Assembly (NCBI GenBank): GCA_041739995.1
Contig: JBGSMV010000075.1
Span: forward strand, 1 to 37,988
Origin: Bdellovibrionota bacterium
GTDB taxonomy: Bacteria; Bdellovibrionota_C; UBA2361; JBGSMV01
Length of the DNA: 37,988 nucleotides
Direction: 5' to 3'
Part shown: piece after piece, positions 27,780-36,773 of the stretch
Numbering within the stretch: position 1 is the stretch's first letter
Layout of the letters: each line of letters begins with the position of its first letter
The notes under the pieces: model-generated
Told to the model about the DNA's origin: nothing
The model's input: only the letters and a program-made list of their open reading frames with translations
Database searches by the model: none
Translations under genes and position numbers: made by a program

Positions 27780-29140
27780 GTTCCCCTCTTCTCCTCGTTT
27801 CGGTCCGCCTGAGTAGAAACATGCCTGTGGCGTTGCTCCCATAGTGGAGGATTCTGGGCGCCAACCAATTCCCGCACCGCTCCGATCAGATAGATGGAAC
27901 CGACAACAACGATTGGGGGCTTTGGCGATCTCTCTACGTTCGAGTTGGTAGAGTCTGTGCTCTCTTTAAAGCTGGAGAAACAGCGCTGGTAGTCATCTTC
28001 AAAGATGTCAGCGCTTACTCCAATACTCGATAAATATTCGGCAATGCTACTACAAGAAACCGCAGCACCAGACTGCGGCTTAAGAAGCCTCCATGATGCG
28101 GCAATGAGACATAGCTGATCGACCATCACTCGCCAATCTTTGGTATTAATTACTCCGAAACACAAATCAACTCTTTGATTATACTCTGTATTTATGAATT
28201 CAACTAACGTTTGAATACCTGCGGGGTTGTGTCCTGCATCGAATACAATTTCTCGGCCTTGATAGTTTACTACCTCAAGACGTCCAGGCCAGAACGCTGC
28301 ACTTACCCCAGCAGAGATAGAACTGTCTGAAATACCTATAAGCTTCGCCAGTTGTGCGGCTACTCCTGCATTTACTCCTTGATGTGCGCCTCGTAACGCA
28401 GGTAGCACCGAAAGATAGCTTCCTCCAGAATCACTATAAACAAATCCCTCTGGATTTGACGCACTACAGTTGAATTCACGCCCATAGGCACAGACGGGAG
28501 CCCCTATTTCCGCAGCTATTCTCTCAATCTCAGTCCTTGAATCATCTGAAATTTTGCCTAAAACGACAGGAACACCAGCTTTGACAATGCCGGCCTTTTC
28601 TTTTGCAATTAGCTTTGTCGTTGACCCCAAAATCTCAGCGTGATCCATCGAAATCGAAGTGATGGCACACGCCGTTGGGTTCTTGATGATATTTGTTGCA
28701 TCAAGCCGTCCACCTAAACCAACCTCAACAACCATCCAATCCACCTGACAATTTCGACAAATATCAAAGAATATCAGAGTAATAGCTTCGAAAAAGCTAA
28801 GTTCAATACCATGCGTTGATGTGATTTGGCGCAGCTCCTCCGCGGACGCATCGATGACTTCATCGTCGACAGGAAGCCCGTTAATAACTACTCTTTCGTT
28901 GAGCTTAGAGAGATGCGGCGAAGTAGTTAAACCGACCGAATAGCCTTCTGCTCCGAGGATGGCGGATAAAAAGGTGGCGACACTCCCTTTCCCGTTCGTT
29001 CCCGCTATATGAATGCTTTTAACTTGGTCTTGAGGATTTCCCCAAAGCTTAGCAACCGAGCTCACACTATCTGTGGTGAAACCGCCCTTTCCGTTCCATG
29101 GCGGCAGCACTGTGAGATAGGACAATCCAGGGCCAGTCAT
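27776..29140 (-). CDS. folC: folylpolyglutamate synthase / dihydrofolate synthase
   Basis: IHIAGTNGKGS, TSPHL, SFFE, EVGLGGRLDATN, DH...LG, EKAGI, WPGRLE, DAGHN, GSIYLIG; start placed at ATG 29140 (GAGG upstream) rather than 29215. Confidence 0.92.
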   Translation of the reverse strand: MTGPGLSYLTVLPPWNGKGGFTTDSVSSVAKLWGNPQDQVKSIHIAGTNGKGSVATFLSAILGAEGYSVGLTTSPHLSKLNERVVINGLPVDDEVIDASAEELRQITSTHGIELSFFEAITLIFFDICRNCQVDWMVVEVGLGGRLDATNIIKNPTACAITSISMDHAEILGSTTKLIAKEKAGIVKAGVPVVLGKISDDSRTEIERIAAEIGAPVCAYGREFNCSASNPEGFVYSDSGGSYLSVLPALRGAHQGVNAGVAAQLAKLIGISDSSISAGVSAAFWPGRLEVVNYQGREIVFDAGHNPAGIQTLVEFINTEYNQRVDLCFGVINTKDWRVMVDQLCLIAASWRLLKPQSGAAVSCSSIAEYLSSIGVSADIFEDDYQRCFSSFKESTDSTNSNVERSPKPPIVVVGSIYLIGAVRELVGAQNPPLWEQRHRHVSTQADRNEEKRGT

Positions 29141-29151
29141 TACCGCCTCGA

Positions 29152-29168
29152 TGTCCCACCGTGGGACA
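29152..29168. promoter_or_regulatory. palindrome TGTCCCAC-C-GTGGGACA, candidate parS copy 1
   Basis: Perfect 8-bp arms around 1 nt; repeated 71 bp away; downstream of parB. Confidence 0.6.
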
Positions 29169-29223
29169 AAATTACACTTACGCAGGTTGTTCGAATCACT
29201 AACACCTTCTGTCAAAATCTAGC

Positions 29224-29238
29224 GTCCCACCGTGGGAC
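29224..29238. promoter_or_regulatory. palindrome GTCCCAC-C-GTGGGAC, candidate parS copy 2
   Basis: Identical 15-bp core, 16 bp from the parB stop. Confidence 0.6.
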
Positions 29239-29254
29239 AGCGGCGCCGACTCTA

Positions 29255-30133
29255 CTATGAAGCCCCTACTAGACGTCGAAAAATCTCTTGAAGATCTTGG
29301 CTTGAGTAGAAATCAACTACTAGTCTTCCAGCCTCTCCCCCAGGCACTACTCGAAGCATTTTTACTTTAAGTCCCAGCGCGCGCTGAATTTCGTCTACAA
29401 TCCTTCGATCCTCTGGATCTCCCTTCTGTTCCTGCTGAGCCTCGGCTGTGTCTCGTGACGAACTTCCCTTCATGTTCTTCTGAAGATCGCCTCGAGTAAG
29501 TGAATCTAGATCACGCAAATAGCTGGCTCGAATCGCTGGATCTGAGATCTTGGCGAGAAGAAGAATCTTCGACTCTGAAGCACCGTCCTTTAGGGCGTTA
29601 AGAAGATCGTCTGGTAGCTCAAGAATCTCCAAACTTCGCTGCACCATGCTCTTGGAGACGCCAAGTCTTTCCCCGATATCTCTTACGCTAAGTTTGTAAG
29701 TGTCTCTTAGAGCGCCAATGGCGTGCGCACGTTCCAGTGGGCTCAAATCAGCTCTTTGAAGGTTCTCTACTAGCTGAATTGCAAGAGTTCGATCCTCCGC
29801 CCCCTCTTCCCGCTGATCGATGATAGCTGGAATTGACTCCATACCGGCTAGTGCAGAGGCACGTAAACGACGCTCTCCAGAGATGAGGGTATACTTTCCA
29901 GGCGAGGCTCCGGGACTCACGAGTATTGGGGTAAGCACTCCATAGGTCTTGATGGAATGAGCGAGCTCGGCAAGCTTATCTTGATCAAAATTTGTTCGAG
30001 GCTGCTTTGGATCACGTTCAATTGAAGCGACCTGCAACACTCTATACGGAATTCCACCTCGCTCTCGATCCCCAAGTGCTGGCCCAGAAAGTAGCGGATT
30101 GTTCGCAAGAATCAGCTTTCGTTTTGATGACAT
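29255..30133 (-). CDS. parB: ParB/Spo0J family partition protein
   Basis: QPRTNFD...ELA.SI...GVLTPILV, SGERRLRA, ENLQRADLSPLE.A, HTH 'SVRDIGERLGVSKSMVQRSL'; start placed at ATG 30133. Confidence 0.93.
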   Translation of the reverse strand: MSSKRKLILANNPLLSGPALGDRERGGIPYRVLQVASIERDPKQPRTNFDQDKLAELAHSIKTYGVLTPILVSPGASPGKYTLISGERRLRASALAGMESIPAIIDQREEGAEDRTLAIQLVENLQRADLSPLERAHAIGALRDTYKLSVRDIGERLGVSKSMVQRSLEILELPDDLLNALKDGASESKILLLAKISDPAIRASYLRDLDSLTRGDLQKNMKGSSSRDTAEAQQEQKGDPEDRRIVDEIQRALGLKVKMLRVVPGGEAGRLVVDFYSSQDLQEIFRRLVGAS

Positions 30134-30258
30134 GTGACTTCCTTCTCCAAACATCTGCAGCTAAAACACCAACTATCAAAAAATCAGCTCAGGGTGCCGC
30201 GAACAAACACAAGGCACTCTATAAACTCTGTAAACGTCGTGCGAAAATGGTTAGATTC

Positions 30259-31050
30259 TCACCGCTTGGAATTCAACAGCTCCACCGCCAGAGCCGCATA
30301 GTCTTCAGCTCCAGACGACTTTGGAGAGTATTCAAAAATGGATTGCCCCTGCGATGGTGCTTCAGCTAGGGCAACATTCGAGCGGATAATGGTATCAAAC
30401 ACAAGATCGCCAAAGTACGCCCTTATAGTGTCGGCTACTGCTCTGGCTAAGCGCTTGCGGTTATCGTGAAGACAAATAAGTACGCCACCAACCACGAGTG
30501 ACGGGTTATAGATGTTGCGCACTTGGTCGATAGTATCGAGCAGCTGTCGCACGCCATGGAGAGCCAGGTATTCGCTCTGCACTGGAATAACGACTTTGTT
30601 CACTGCAGCTAGGGCGTTTAGGGAGAGAAGTCCAAGAGCTGGAGGGCAATCGATCAGAATAACATCATAGTCAGCGACAACAGATTGAAGAGCTCGCTTT
30701 AAAATGAGTTCTCGTCCGACAACACCACCAAGCTCAAGATCCGCAGCGCTTAGTAGTAAGCTAGAGGGAACAAGGCTTAGCCGCTCTGAGCGTTGTATGA
30801 CCACGTCCTTGATCGTTTTTGAGCCTTTGAGAACGTCGTAAATCGTGAATTCAGGTGGAGGAGGGCGGTCTCCTGGAACTTCCATGGATTCATCTGGTGT
30901 ACCTAAACCAAGATGAGTGGTCATGTTGCTTTGAGCATCTATGTCGACCAGCAACACGTTCTTTCCGTGAGCAGCAATCGCTGCCCCAAGATTAACGGTA
31001 GTCGTGGTCTTTCCAACGCCACCTTTTTGATTCACCACTCCAACAATCAT
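30259..31050 (-). CDS. parA: ParA/Soj family ATPase
   Basis: NQKGGVGKTTT, LVDID.Q.N, DVILIDCPPALG, PVQSEYLAL.G, I..NV.LAEAPS.G. Confidence 0.95.
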   Translation of the reverse strand: MIVGVVNQKGGVGKTTTTVNLGAAIAAHGKNVLLVDIDAQSNMTTHLGLGTPDESMEVPGDRPPPPEFTIYDVLKGSKTIKDVVIQRSERLSLVPSSLLLSAADLELGGVVGRELILKRALQSVVADYDVILIDCPPALGLLSLNALAAVNKVVIPVQSEYLALHGVRQLLDTIDQVRNIYNPSLVVGGVLICLHDNRKRLARAVADTIRAYFGDLVFDTIIRSNVALAEAPSQGQSIFEYSPKSSGAEDYAALAVELLNSKR

Positions 31051-31295
31051 ACGCGACTTTTCTTCAATAAATTCAACAAATAAGAAGGTGCGTGCGTTAA
31101 CTGTCTCGACTTTGGCGGATGTCTTTCGCTTGGAAGTTCAGCCCTAAAGAGTTCACGTGAAATCAAATAACGAAGACCTCGCATGAGACCACGGAAATCT
31201 GGCAGAATTCGGACTGAAAATCCATTAAATCTATGGCTCATTGGTAATTACTTATGCAGATTCACGACAAGAGCCGGGGACATGTGTGCGTCACC

Positions 31296-31443
31296 CCTCG
31301 TGTATCGAGATTGATAATCCTCGTGTATCAGCACAAGTTCCGAGATAACTCGTGAACTGAGAGTGAGTAAGCTCGTGCTTCAGAGGAAGCATTCACGAGC
31401 TTTGAGAGTAGGGGACTCGTGCATTGACTGTAATATCCTCGTG
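31296..31443. repeat. iteron-like array (7 x CTCGTG core)
   Basis: CTCGTG at 31297, 31320, 31349, 31372, 31416, 31438 and inverted CACGAG at 31394; spacings 23,29,23,22,22,22; CCTCGTGTATC occurs twice. Confidence 0.8.
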
Positions 31444-31445
31444 TC

Positions 31446-31555
31446 TTGAAATAAATATTCGAGGTTAACCTGCTGTTATTGTAGAATAAATTTGCCGCTC
31501 ACTTTAAACATGTTAAATAAACATAAATTGTTTAACTAACTGAAAGTAAGTTAGG
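31446..31555. promoter_or_regulatory. AT-rich tract, candidate unwinding element and/or rep promoter
   Basis: e.g. ACTTTAAACATGTTAAATAAACATAAATTGTTTAACTAACT, directly after the iteron array. Confidence 0.55.
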
Positions 31556-31568
31556 TTCCGATTCAGAA

Positions 31569-33458
31569 ATGGATCAGTTGTTATTTTCAGAATCGATCAT
31601 CGGTCCGAGCTCTAACCAGGGAGCTCCACGTGCAATTTCGCGCGATGAAATGAACCTTGCCGAGTTTCCGTTAGCCGTCCTTTCCACGCGAGTAGACTCG
31701 CGCATCAAGACATTAGAGTTTTCCGATTCTTTGATCAGTCGAAATGGAGAATCAATCGAGCGTAAGTGGATCATAACCGGTGCCGACAAATTTGGCCTTC
31801 CCACATCTTCCGATGACGAAGTCTTGCTCGGTTTAATGAAGCTTACTGTCGATAATGGATTTCGGGACCGCAAAGTTTTCTTTAGTCGTTACGAACTGCT
31901 CAAAATTCTTCGATGGACGACTGAGGGCAGGAGTTACACAAGATTGCAGCGCGCGCTCGATCGTTTGAGCGGAGTAAGAATTAAAGCGACGAACGCGTTT
32001 TTTGATAACGAAGCCAAGTCACATAGTACCCGCAACTTTGGAATCATTGATGCCTACGAGATCAATGATGGTCGAAGTGTAGATGCCAAGCCAAGCTTCT
32101 TTGAGTGGAGCGAGGCAATGTTCAAGTCGTTCCAGGTCGGCTTCATTAAGAAACTGGATCTCGATTTTTACTTAAGCCTTTCAAGTGCAATTTCCAAACG
32201 GTTGTATCGCTTTCTTGACAAGCATTTTTGGTACAGATCACGTCTCAACATGAATCTTTTCGTGCTAGCACACGAGAAAGTGGGGGTCTCAAGAAACTAT
32301 CGCTTTGCAAGTTCACTGCGTCAGCAAATCGATCCAGCACTTGAAGAATTAAAAGCTCAAGGTTTCATCGCTGAATATGCTTATTCGGGGAGAGGTAAGG
32401 GCACCGAGGTGATGGTGGTAAATGCTACTGCACGACCTAGAGTGTCTACCAGTAAGGGCAGTGACCAACAGGCACTCTCCGCAAAAGTTCCTTATACGGC
32501 TGAAGCGCGAGGGGATTCAAAGGGTACCTCGGGGTTCGCTCAAGTGATGGATGTTGAAGGTAAGGGCGAACAGTCATACCGCAAGCCATCCCGCGGTGGA
32601 GCGACGTCGGACGAACGGAATAATTCTGACCGGCTAGGTCCCGTGCTGGCCAAAAGCGAGGGCGTCTCGCATAGCGGTAATCGAGAAGCCACAAACTGGA
32701 ACTTACGCGAGTCAACTCGCAGTTCATTTGGAAGTCACAGTTCATCTGGAAGTCACAGTGGCGAGGCACCAGTAGGAATGACCTCTTCGGATGCGCTCGA
32801 CAGTTCTTTTCCTGTTTTCCAGCAGGCACTTGCCCATGCACTTGTTGAGCGAGGAATTCAGCTTCCACAAGTCAAACGGTTGCTTCGAGATCGTGATGAA
32901 GGGTTGTGTGAGCGCATGAGCGCAATAGTTGCTCATTTTGATCAGCTGCGTTCCTCGCGAAGCCACTTAATTAGCCGCAGCCCAGTGGGATTTCTGTATC
33001 GAGCGATGGAGCGCCCTGAAAGCTTTTCGCTGCCAGGCGAGGGGGTCGCACGCGATCGACGTTACGGTGAACGAGAATTTGTTTCAGTACCGAGGGGCTC
33101 GATGGAAACGAGAAGTTCTGGCCTCGTCGAGCCAACGCGAAGTGAGTCCACAGCACGTGAGCCAGGGCTACGTGAGGAACGGCGCAATGAAGAGCTGGCG
33201 CATTTGCAGGGCCAGTATTTAGAAGCTCGTAAGCGCAGCATGCAGCACCTCCGCGAGCAGGTTGAGCCTGAAATGCTTTCAAAAATTGCCAGTGAAGTGG
33301 AGGCAGGGCTCGCAAAGGTACGAAAGCTTATTTCTCCAACGCGCTTTGAAGAAACCCTGCAGCATGGCATCGAGGAGCACCTGGCCAAATTGTTTGTTTA
33401 CCCGGAATTCGATGAGTGGCTTCAGCAAACTCGAAGGGCCAAACTGAAATCTCGTTGA
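31569..33458 (+). CDS. repA: plasmid-type replication initiator protein (RepA-like) with long C-terminal extension
   Basis: RDEMNLAEFP, W.ITG.DKFGLPT..DDEVLLGL, FSRYELLKIL.W...GR.Y.RL..AL.RL, KRLYRFLDK resemble winged-helix plasmid initiators; iterons upstream and divergent parAB. Confidence 0.8.
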   Translation: MDQLLFSESIIGPSSNQGAPRAISRDEMNLAEFPLAVLSTRVDSRIKTLEFSDSLISRNGESIERKWIITGADKFGLPTSSDDEVLLGLMKLTVDNGFRDRKVFFSRYELLKILRWTTEGRSYTRLQRALDRLSGVRIKATNAFFDNEAKSHSTRNFGIIDAYEINDGRSVDAKPSFFEWSEAMFKSFQVGFIKKLDLDFYLSLSSAISKRLYRFLDKHFWYRSRLNMNLFVLAHEKVGVSRNYRFASSLRQQIDPALEELKAQGFIAEYAYSGRGKGTEVMVVNATARPRVSTSKGSDQQALSAKVPYTAEARGDSKGTSGFAQVMDVEGKGEQSYRKPSRGGATSDERNNSDRLGPVLAKSEGVSHSGNREATNWNLRESTRSSFGSHSSSGSHSGEAPVGMTSSDALDSSFPVFQQALAHALVERGIQLPQVKRLLRDRDEGLCERMSAIVAHFDQLRSSRSHLISRSPVGFLYRAMERPESFSLPGEGVARDRRYGEREFVSVPRGSMETRSSGLVEPTRSESTAREPGLREERRNEELAHLQGQYLEARKRSMQHLREQVEPEMLSKIASEVEAGLAKVRKLISPTRFEETLQHGIEEHLAKLFVYPEFDEWLQQTRRAKLKSR

Positions 33459-33745
33459 AGTTGAATGCGCCTCGAATTCTCCAGATATCTATAGAGCTCA
33501 GCTCACGGTTACTCGCTTGGGCGACCAAACGCCTTACTCTCTCCGCGTGGATAGAGTAACTGGTGACAGGCATTTTATCCGGCATTCTCTCGAAGTTCTT
33601 CAACGCAGGGTCTGGGCGGAAGGGAGTCAAAATACGACCATATTGAAGGTGTGTACGGCGCTCTCAGCAGCTGGGACTTGGCACGAAACCTGCTTTGAGT
33701 CGGTCAAGGATAAGGAAATCCTTCCGCTCAACTCATGGCAGAGAT

Positions 33746-34672
33746 ATGCGAGTGAATCCGCTAGGAATGTTTCGAGACGTGCAACGCCTGGTGGCGGAGC
33801 CTGCCCATGCTCGCGAGCGAGGCCAGATTGATTTCGATAAGACCCTCGCCGGCGTAGCCCAAGAAATCGAAGGACGACAGGTAGTTAAAAGCGTTGTGGA
33901 AACACACCTTCAACCTCCAGCTCCAGCACCTAAGCAGGTAGCCCTTGCAGATCCGCAGCTAAAATTAGCTCCGCTCGACGCGATTCGAGTTCCCAGTGTG
34001 CCGGTACAACCGGAAGTTGGACAGCAGGAACAACCCAGTGAAAGCGTCAGAAGTCCGACACTGGTAAGCGCCAAGCGCGTCTCGACTCCGGACCCTTACA
34101 TGGGCCTCACCAGAGCAGAGCGCGAGGAGGCGGTGGCGTCCCTTGTACGCGATGCCGGAGCCCGCCATGGGGTGGACCCTGTGCTGAGCTTTGCAGTGGT
34201 CGCGGTGGAGTCGTCCTTTAACCCACGTGCCGTGAGCAGCGACGGTCATGAGAGCAAGGGTCTGATGCAGTTGCTCGACTCTACTGGTCGAGCGCAGCTT
34301 CGCCTTTCGGAGGGCGCCAACGCCTACGATCCGTTTCATCCACCGCTCAACGTTGATTTAGGCGTGCGCTATCTCCGGGATCTTCATGACATGTTCTCTC
34401 AGCCCACCAAGGTGACAAACGACCTCACCACTGTTGCAGCGGCAAATTCCTCCTCTTTGGAAAAACTTGCCGTGGCTTCCTACAACGCTGGACAGGGCAG
34501 AGTTGCAGCGGCGCAGCAGCGTGCTGATCGAGAGGGAAAAAATCCTGGGGTTTACTCTGAAGTTGAAGCCTATCTCCCACAATCAACTCAAGAATATGTG
34601 CGACGCGTGATGGATCGCAGAGAGCATTCCACGATGCGTTTTGGGGTGAGCGAAAGCGAGAAGGAAGCCTGA
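33746..34672 (+). CDS. SLT-domain lytic transglycosylase
   Basis: HGVDP.L..AV..VESSFNPRAVS, GLMQL, NVDLGVRYL, ASYNAGQG, TQEYVRRV; start placed at ATG 33746. Confidence 0.9.
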   Translation: MRVNPLGMFRDVQRLVAEPAHARERGQIDFDKTLAGVAQEIEGRQVVKSVVETHLQPPAPAPKQVALADPQLKLAPLDAIRVPSVPVQPEVGQQEQPSESVRSPTLVSAKRVSTPDPYMGLTRAEREEAVASLVRDAGARHGVDPVLSFAVVAVESSFNPRAVSSDGHESKGLMQLLDSTGRAQLRLSEGANAYDPFHPPLNVDLGVRYLRDLHDMFSQPTKVTNDLTTVAAANSSSLEKLAVASYNAGQGRVAAAQQRADREGKNPGVYSEVEAYLPQSTQEYVRRVMDRREHSTMRFGVSESEKEA

Positions 34673-34815
34673 TTTTTTGAGTTGGCAAGGGGCTTGCAAA
34701 GGAAGGTTCCGGTGAAGTTGGAGTAGTGGTTTGTGTGTTGGTGCTACCGAACGGATCGCGTAGCGCTCAGAAGAAGGAATTTTGGGGAAGGATTAGGGCC
34801 AAGGAGAATTAGGCA

Positions 34816-35676
34816 ATGACTATTAACATTCGAACAAACGTTCCGTCACTACTATCACAACGTAATCTGGAACAGACCAGTTCACGACTGAACACAGCCT
34901 ACGAGCGTTTATCCTCCGGTCTTCGAATTAACCGCGCACGTGATGACGCGGCCGGTCTTGCAATCGCTGAAGCTCTTAAAGCTGACGGCAGAATCGCAAG
35001 TGTTGGTATCAGAAATGCGAGTGATGGTATTTCAATCATCACCATTGCGGACCAAGCGATCGGACAAATCACCAATGTATTGAGCCGACTCGCTGAGCTT
35101 GCACAACAGTCAGCGAACGGTGTGTATGGAAACACCCAACGGTCAGCGCTTAGCAACGAATTTATTGCACTTCAATCTGAAATTGAGCGTATTGCGATCA
35201 CCACTGAGTTTAACGGACTCAAACTATTGAGCGGTGGGGCTGAAGTCGTCTTTCAAGTCGGATTCGACGGGAGCTCGACTTCTCAAGTTTCCTTTCAAGG
35301 TGTGGCGGCGACACTCGCATCGCTTGGATTGGCTGCCTTGGGCTCTTCGGCTCCGCAGTATTCAATTGTTGGCGGTACTGAGCTCGAAGCTCAATCATCA
35401 GCACGTTTAGCGCTTGATGCAATTAATGCCGCGATAACCTCCGTGACCCGAAATCGAGGCACCTTGGGTGCTGCGGAAAGTCGGTTGGAGGTGACTATTG
35501 CGAACTTGCAAGTTGCCCGAGAAAACTTCCAGGCAGCAGAAAGCCGCATTAGAGATGTTGATGTGGCCTCTGAGGCTGCTGAGTTGACACGATTGAATAT
35601 TCTGCAGCAAGCAGGCGCCGCAGTACTGGCGCAGGCCAATGCACAGCCGCAGCTCGCGCTGCAGCTGATTCGATAA
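34816..35676 (+). CDS. fliC: flagellin
   Basis: INIRTN, ERLSSGLRINRARDDAAGLAIA, RGTLGA.ESRLE, AESRIRDVDVA.E, AQAN. Confidence 0.95.
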   Translation: MTINIRTNVPSLLSQRNLEQTSSRLNTAYERLSSGLRINRARDDAAGLAIAEALKADGRIASVGIRNASDGISIITIADQAIGQITNVLSRLAELAQQSANGVYGNTQRSALSNEFIALQSEIERIAITTEFNGLKLLSGGAEVVFQVGFDGSSTSQVSFQGVAATLASLGLAALGSSAPQYSIVGGTELEAQSSARLALDAINAAITSVTRNRGTLGAAESRLEVTIANLQVARENFQAAESRIRDVDVASEAAELTRLNILQQAGAAVLAQANAQPQLALQLIR

Positions 35677-35796
35677 GGTAGTAGGGGTCGCTCTTCACTC
35701 GTAGGAATGGAGCGAAGAGTTGACAGGTAAAATACACGGATGAACACGCGAGCCCAACGGGGATGGGAAGCGTAAGCTAGAAAGAGGTAGGGAACC

Positions 35797-36657
35797 ATGA
35801 CCCTCAATATTAGAACGAACGTATCATCGATTAAGGCCCAGAAGTCACTGACCGAAACAGGTCTGCGACTACAGACGGCCTACGAGCGACTTTCATCGGG
35901 ACAACGTATCAACCGCGCAAAGGATGATGCCGCTGGTCTCGCGATTGCGGAGAGCTTAAAGGCTGATGCCCGAATCGCGACGGTCGCTATTCGAAATGCG
36001 AATGACGGTGTCTCGATTGTGGCCATCACCGATGGTGCGATCGCTCAGATCACAAACGTCCTAAGTCGACTCGCAGAGCTTGCTCAACAGTCAGCCAACG
36101 GCGTGTTCAGTACGGGGCAAAGATCTGCGCTGCAGCTCGAGTTCACCGCACTGATGAGCGAAGTTGAGCGTATTGCGCTCACCACAGAGTTCAACGGGTT
36201 GAAACTTCTAAGTGGCGGCGGTTCTGTTACTTTCCAGGTTGGCTTCGACGGCTCTTCAATGAGTCAGGTGGCCTACTCGGGTGTGCAGGCCACATTGGCT
36301 GCGCTTGGTCTGGCGGGGGTGAACTCGTCCGTACACACCTACTCCGTTAATGCGGGCAGTGATCTCGAGGCACAATCAGCAGCGCGCCTTGCGCTAGACG
36401 CAATTAACTCAGCGATTACCTCTGTCACGAGAAATCGTGGAACGCTGGGTGCTGCTGAAAGTCGATTGGAAACTACCATTCAGAATCTGCTCACTGCGCG
36501 AGAAAACTTCCAGGCAGCAGAAAGTCGAATTCGAGATGCCGATGTTGCCGCAGAAGCAGCAGAACTGACACGACTCACCATTCTCCAACAGGCGGGAACG
36601 GCGATTCTGGCGCAAGCGAATCAGCAACCACAGTTGGCGTTGCAGCTGCTCCGATAA
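35797..36657 (+). CDS. fliC: flagellin (second tandem paralogue)
   Basis: Same conserved N- and C-terminal flagellin motifs, same 286-aa length. Confidence 0.95.
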   Translation: MTLNIRTNVSSIKAQKSLTETGLRLQTAYERLSSGQRINRAKDDAAGLAIAESLKADARIATVAIRNANDGVSIVAITDGAIAQITNVLSRLAELAQQSANGVFSTGQRSALQLEFTALMSEVERIALTTEFNGLKLLSGGGSVTFQVGFDGSSMSQVAYSGVQATLAALGLAGVNSSVHTYSVNAGSDLEAQSAARLALDAINSAITSVTRNRGTLGAAESRLETTIQNLLTARENFQAAESRIRDADVAAEAAELTRLTILQQAGTAILAQANQQPQLALQLLR

Positions 36658-36773
36658 GTCTAGGCTCGCTAACTTCGCTGAGGCGCATACGAGCCAGGCG
36701 AAGGAAAGGAAGGTCGGTCCTCAAGGAGGCCCAGCGCTTGGCGCACCTCTCGCAAGCCGTAGGCGATTCTCTA

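Noticed and set aside
31149..31164. Canonical parS look-alike GAGTTCACGTGAAATC upstream of parA
   Set aside because: Only 11/16 match to TGTTTCACGTGAAACA and the outer arms are not palindromic
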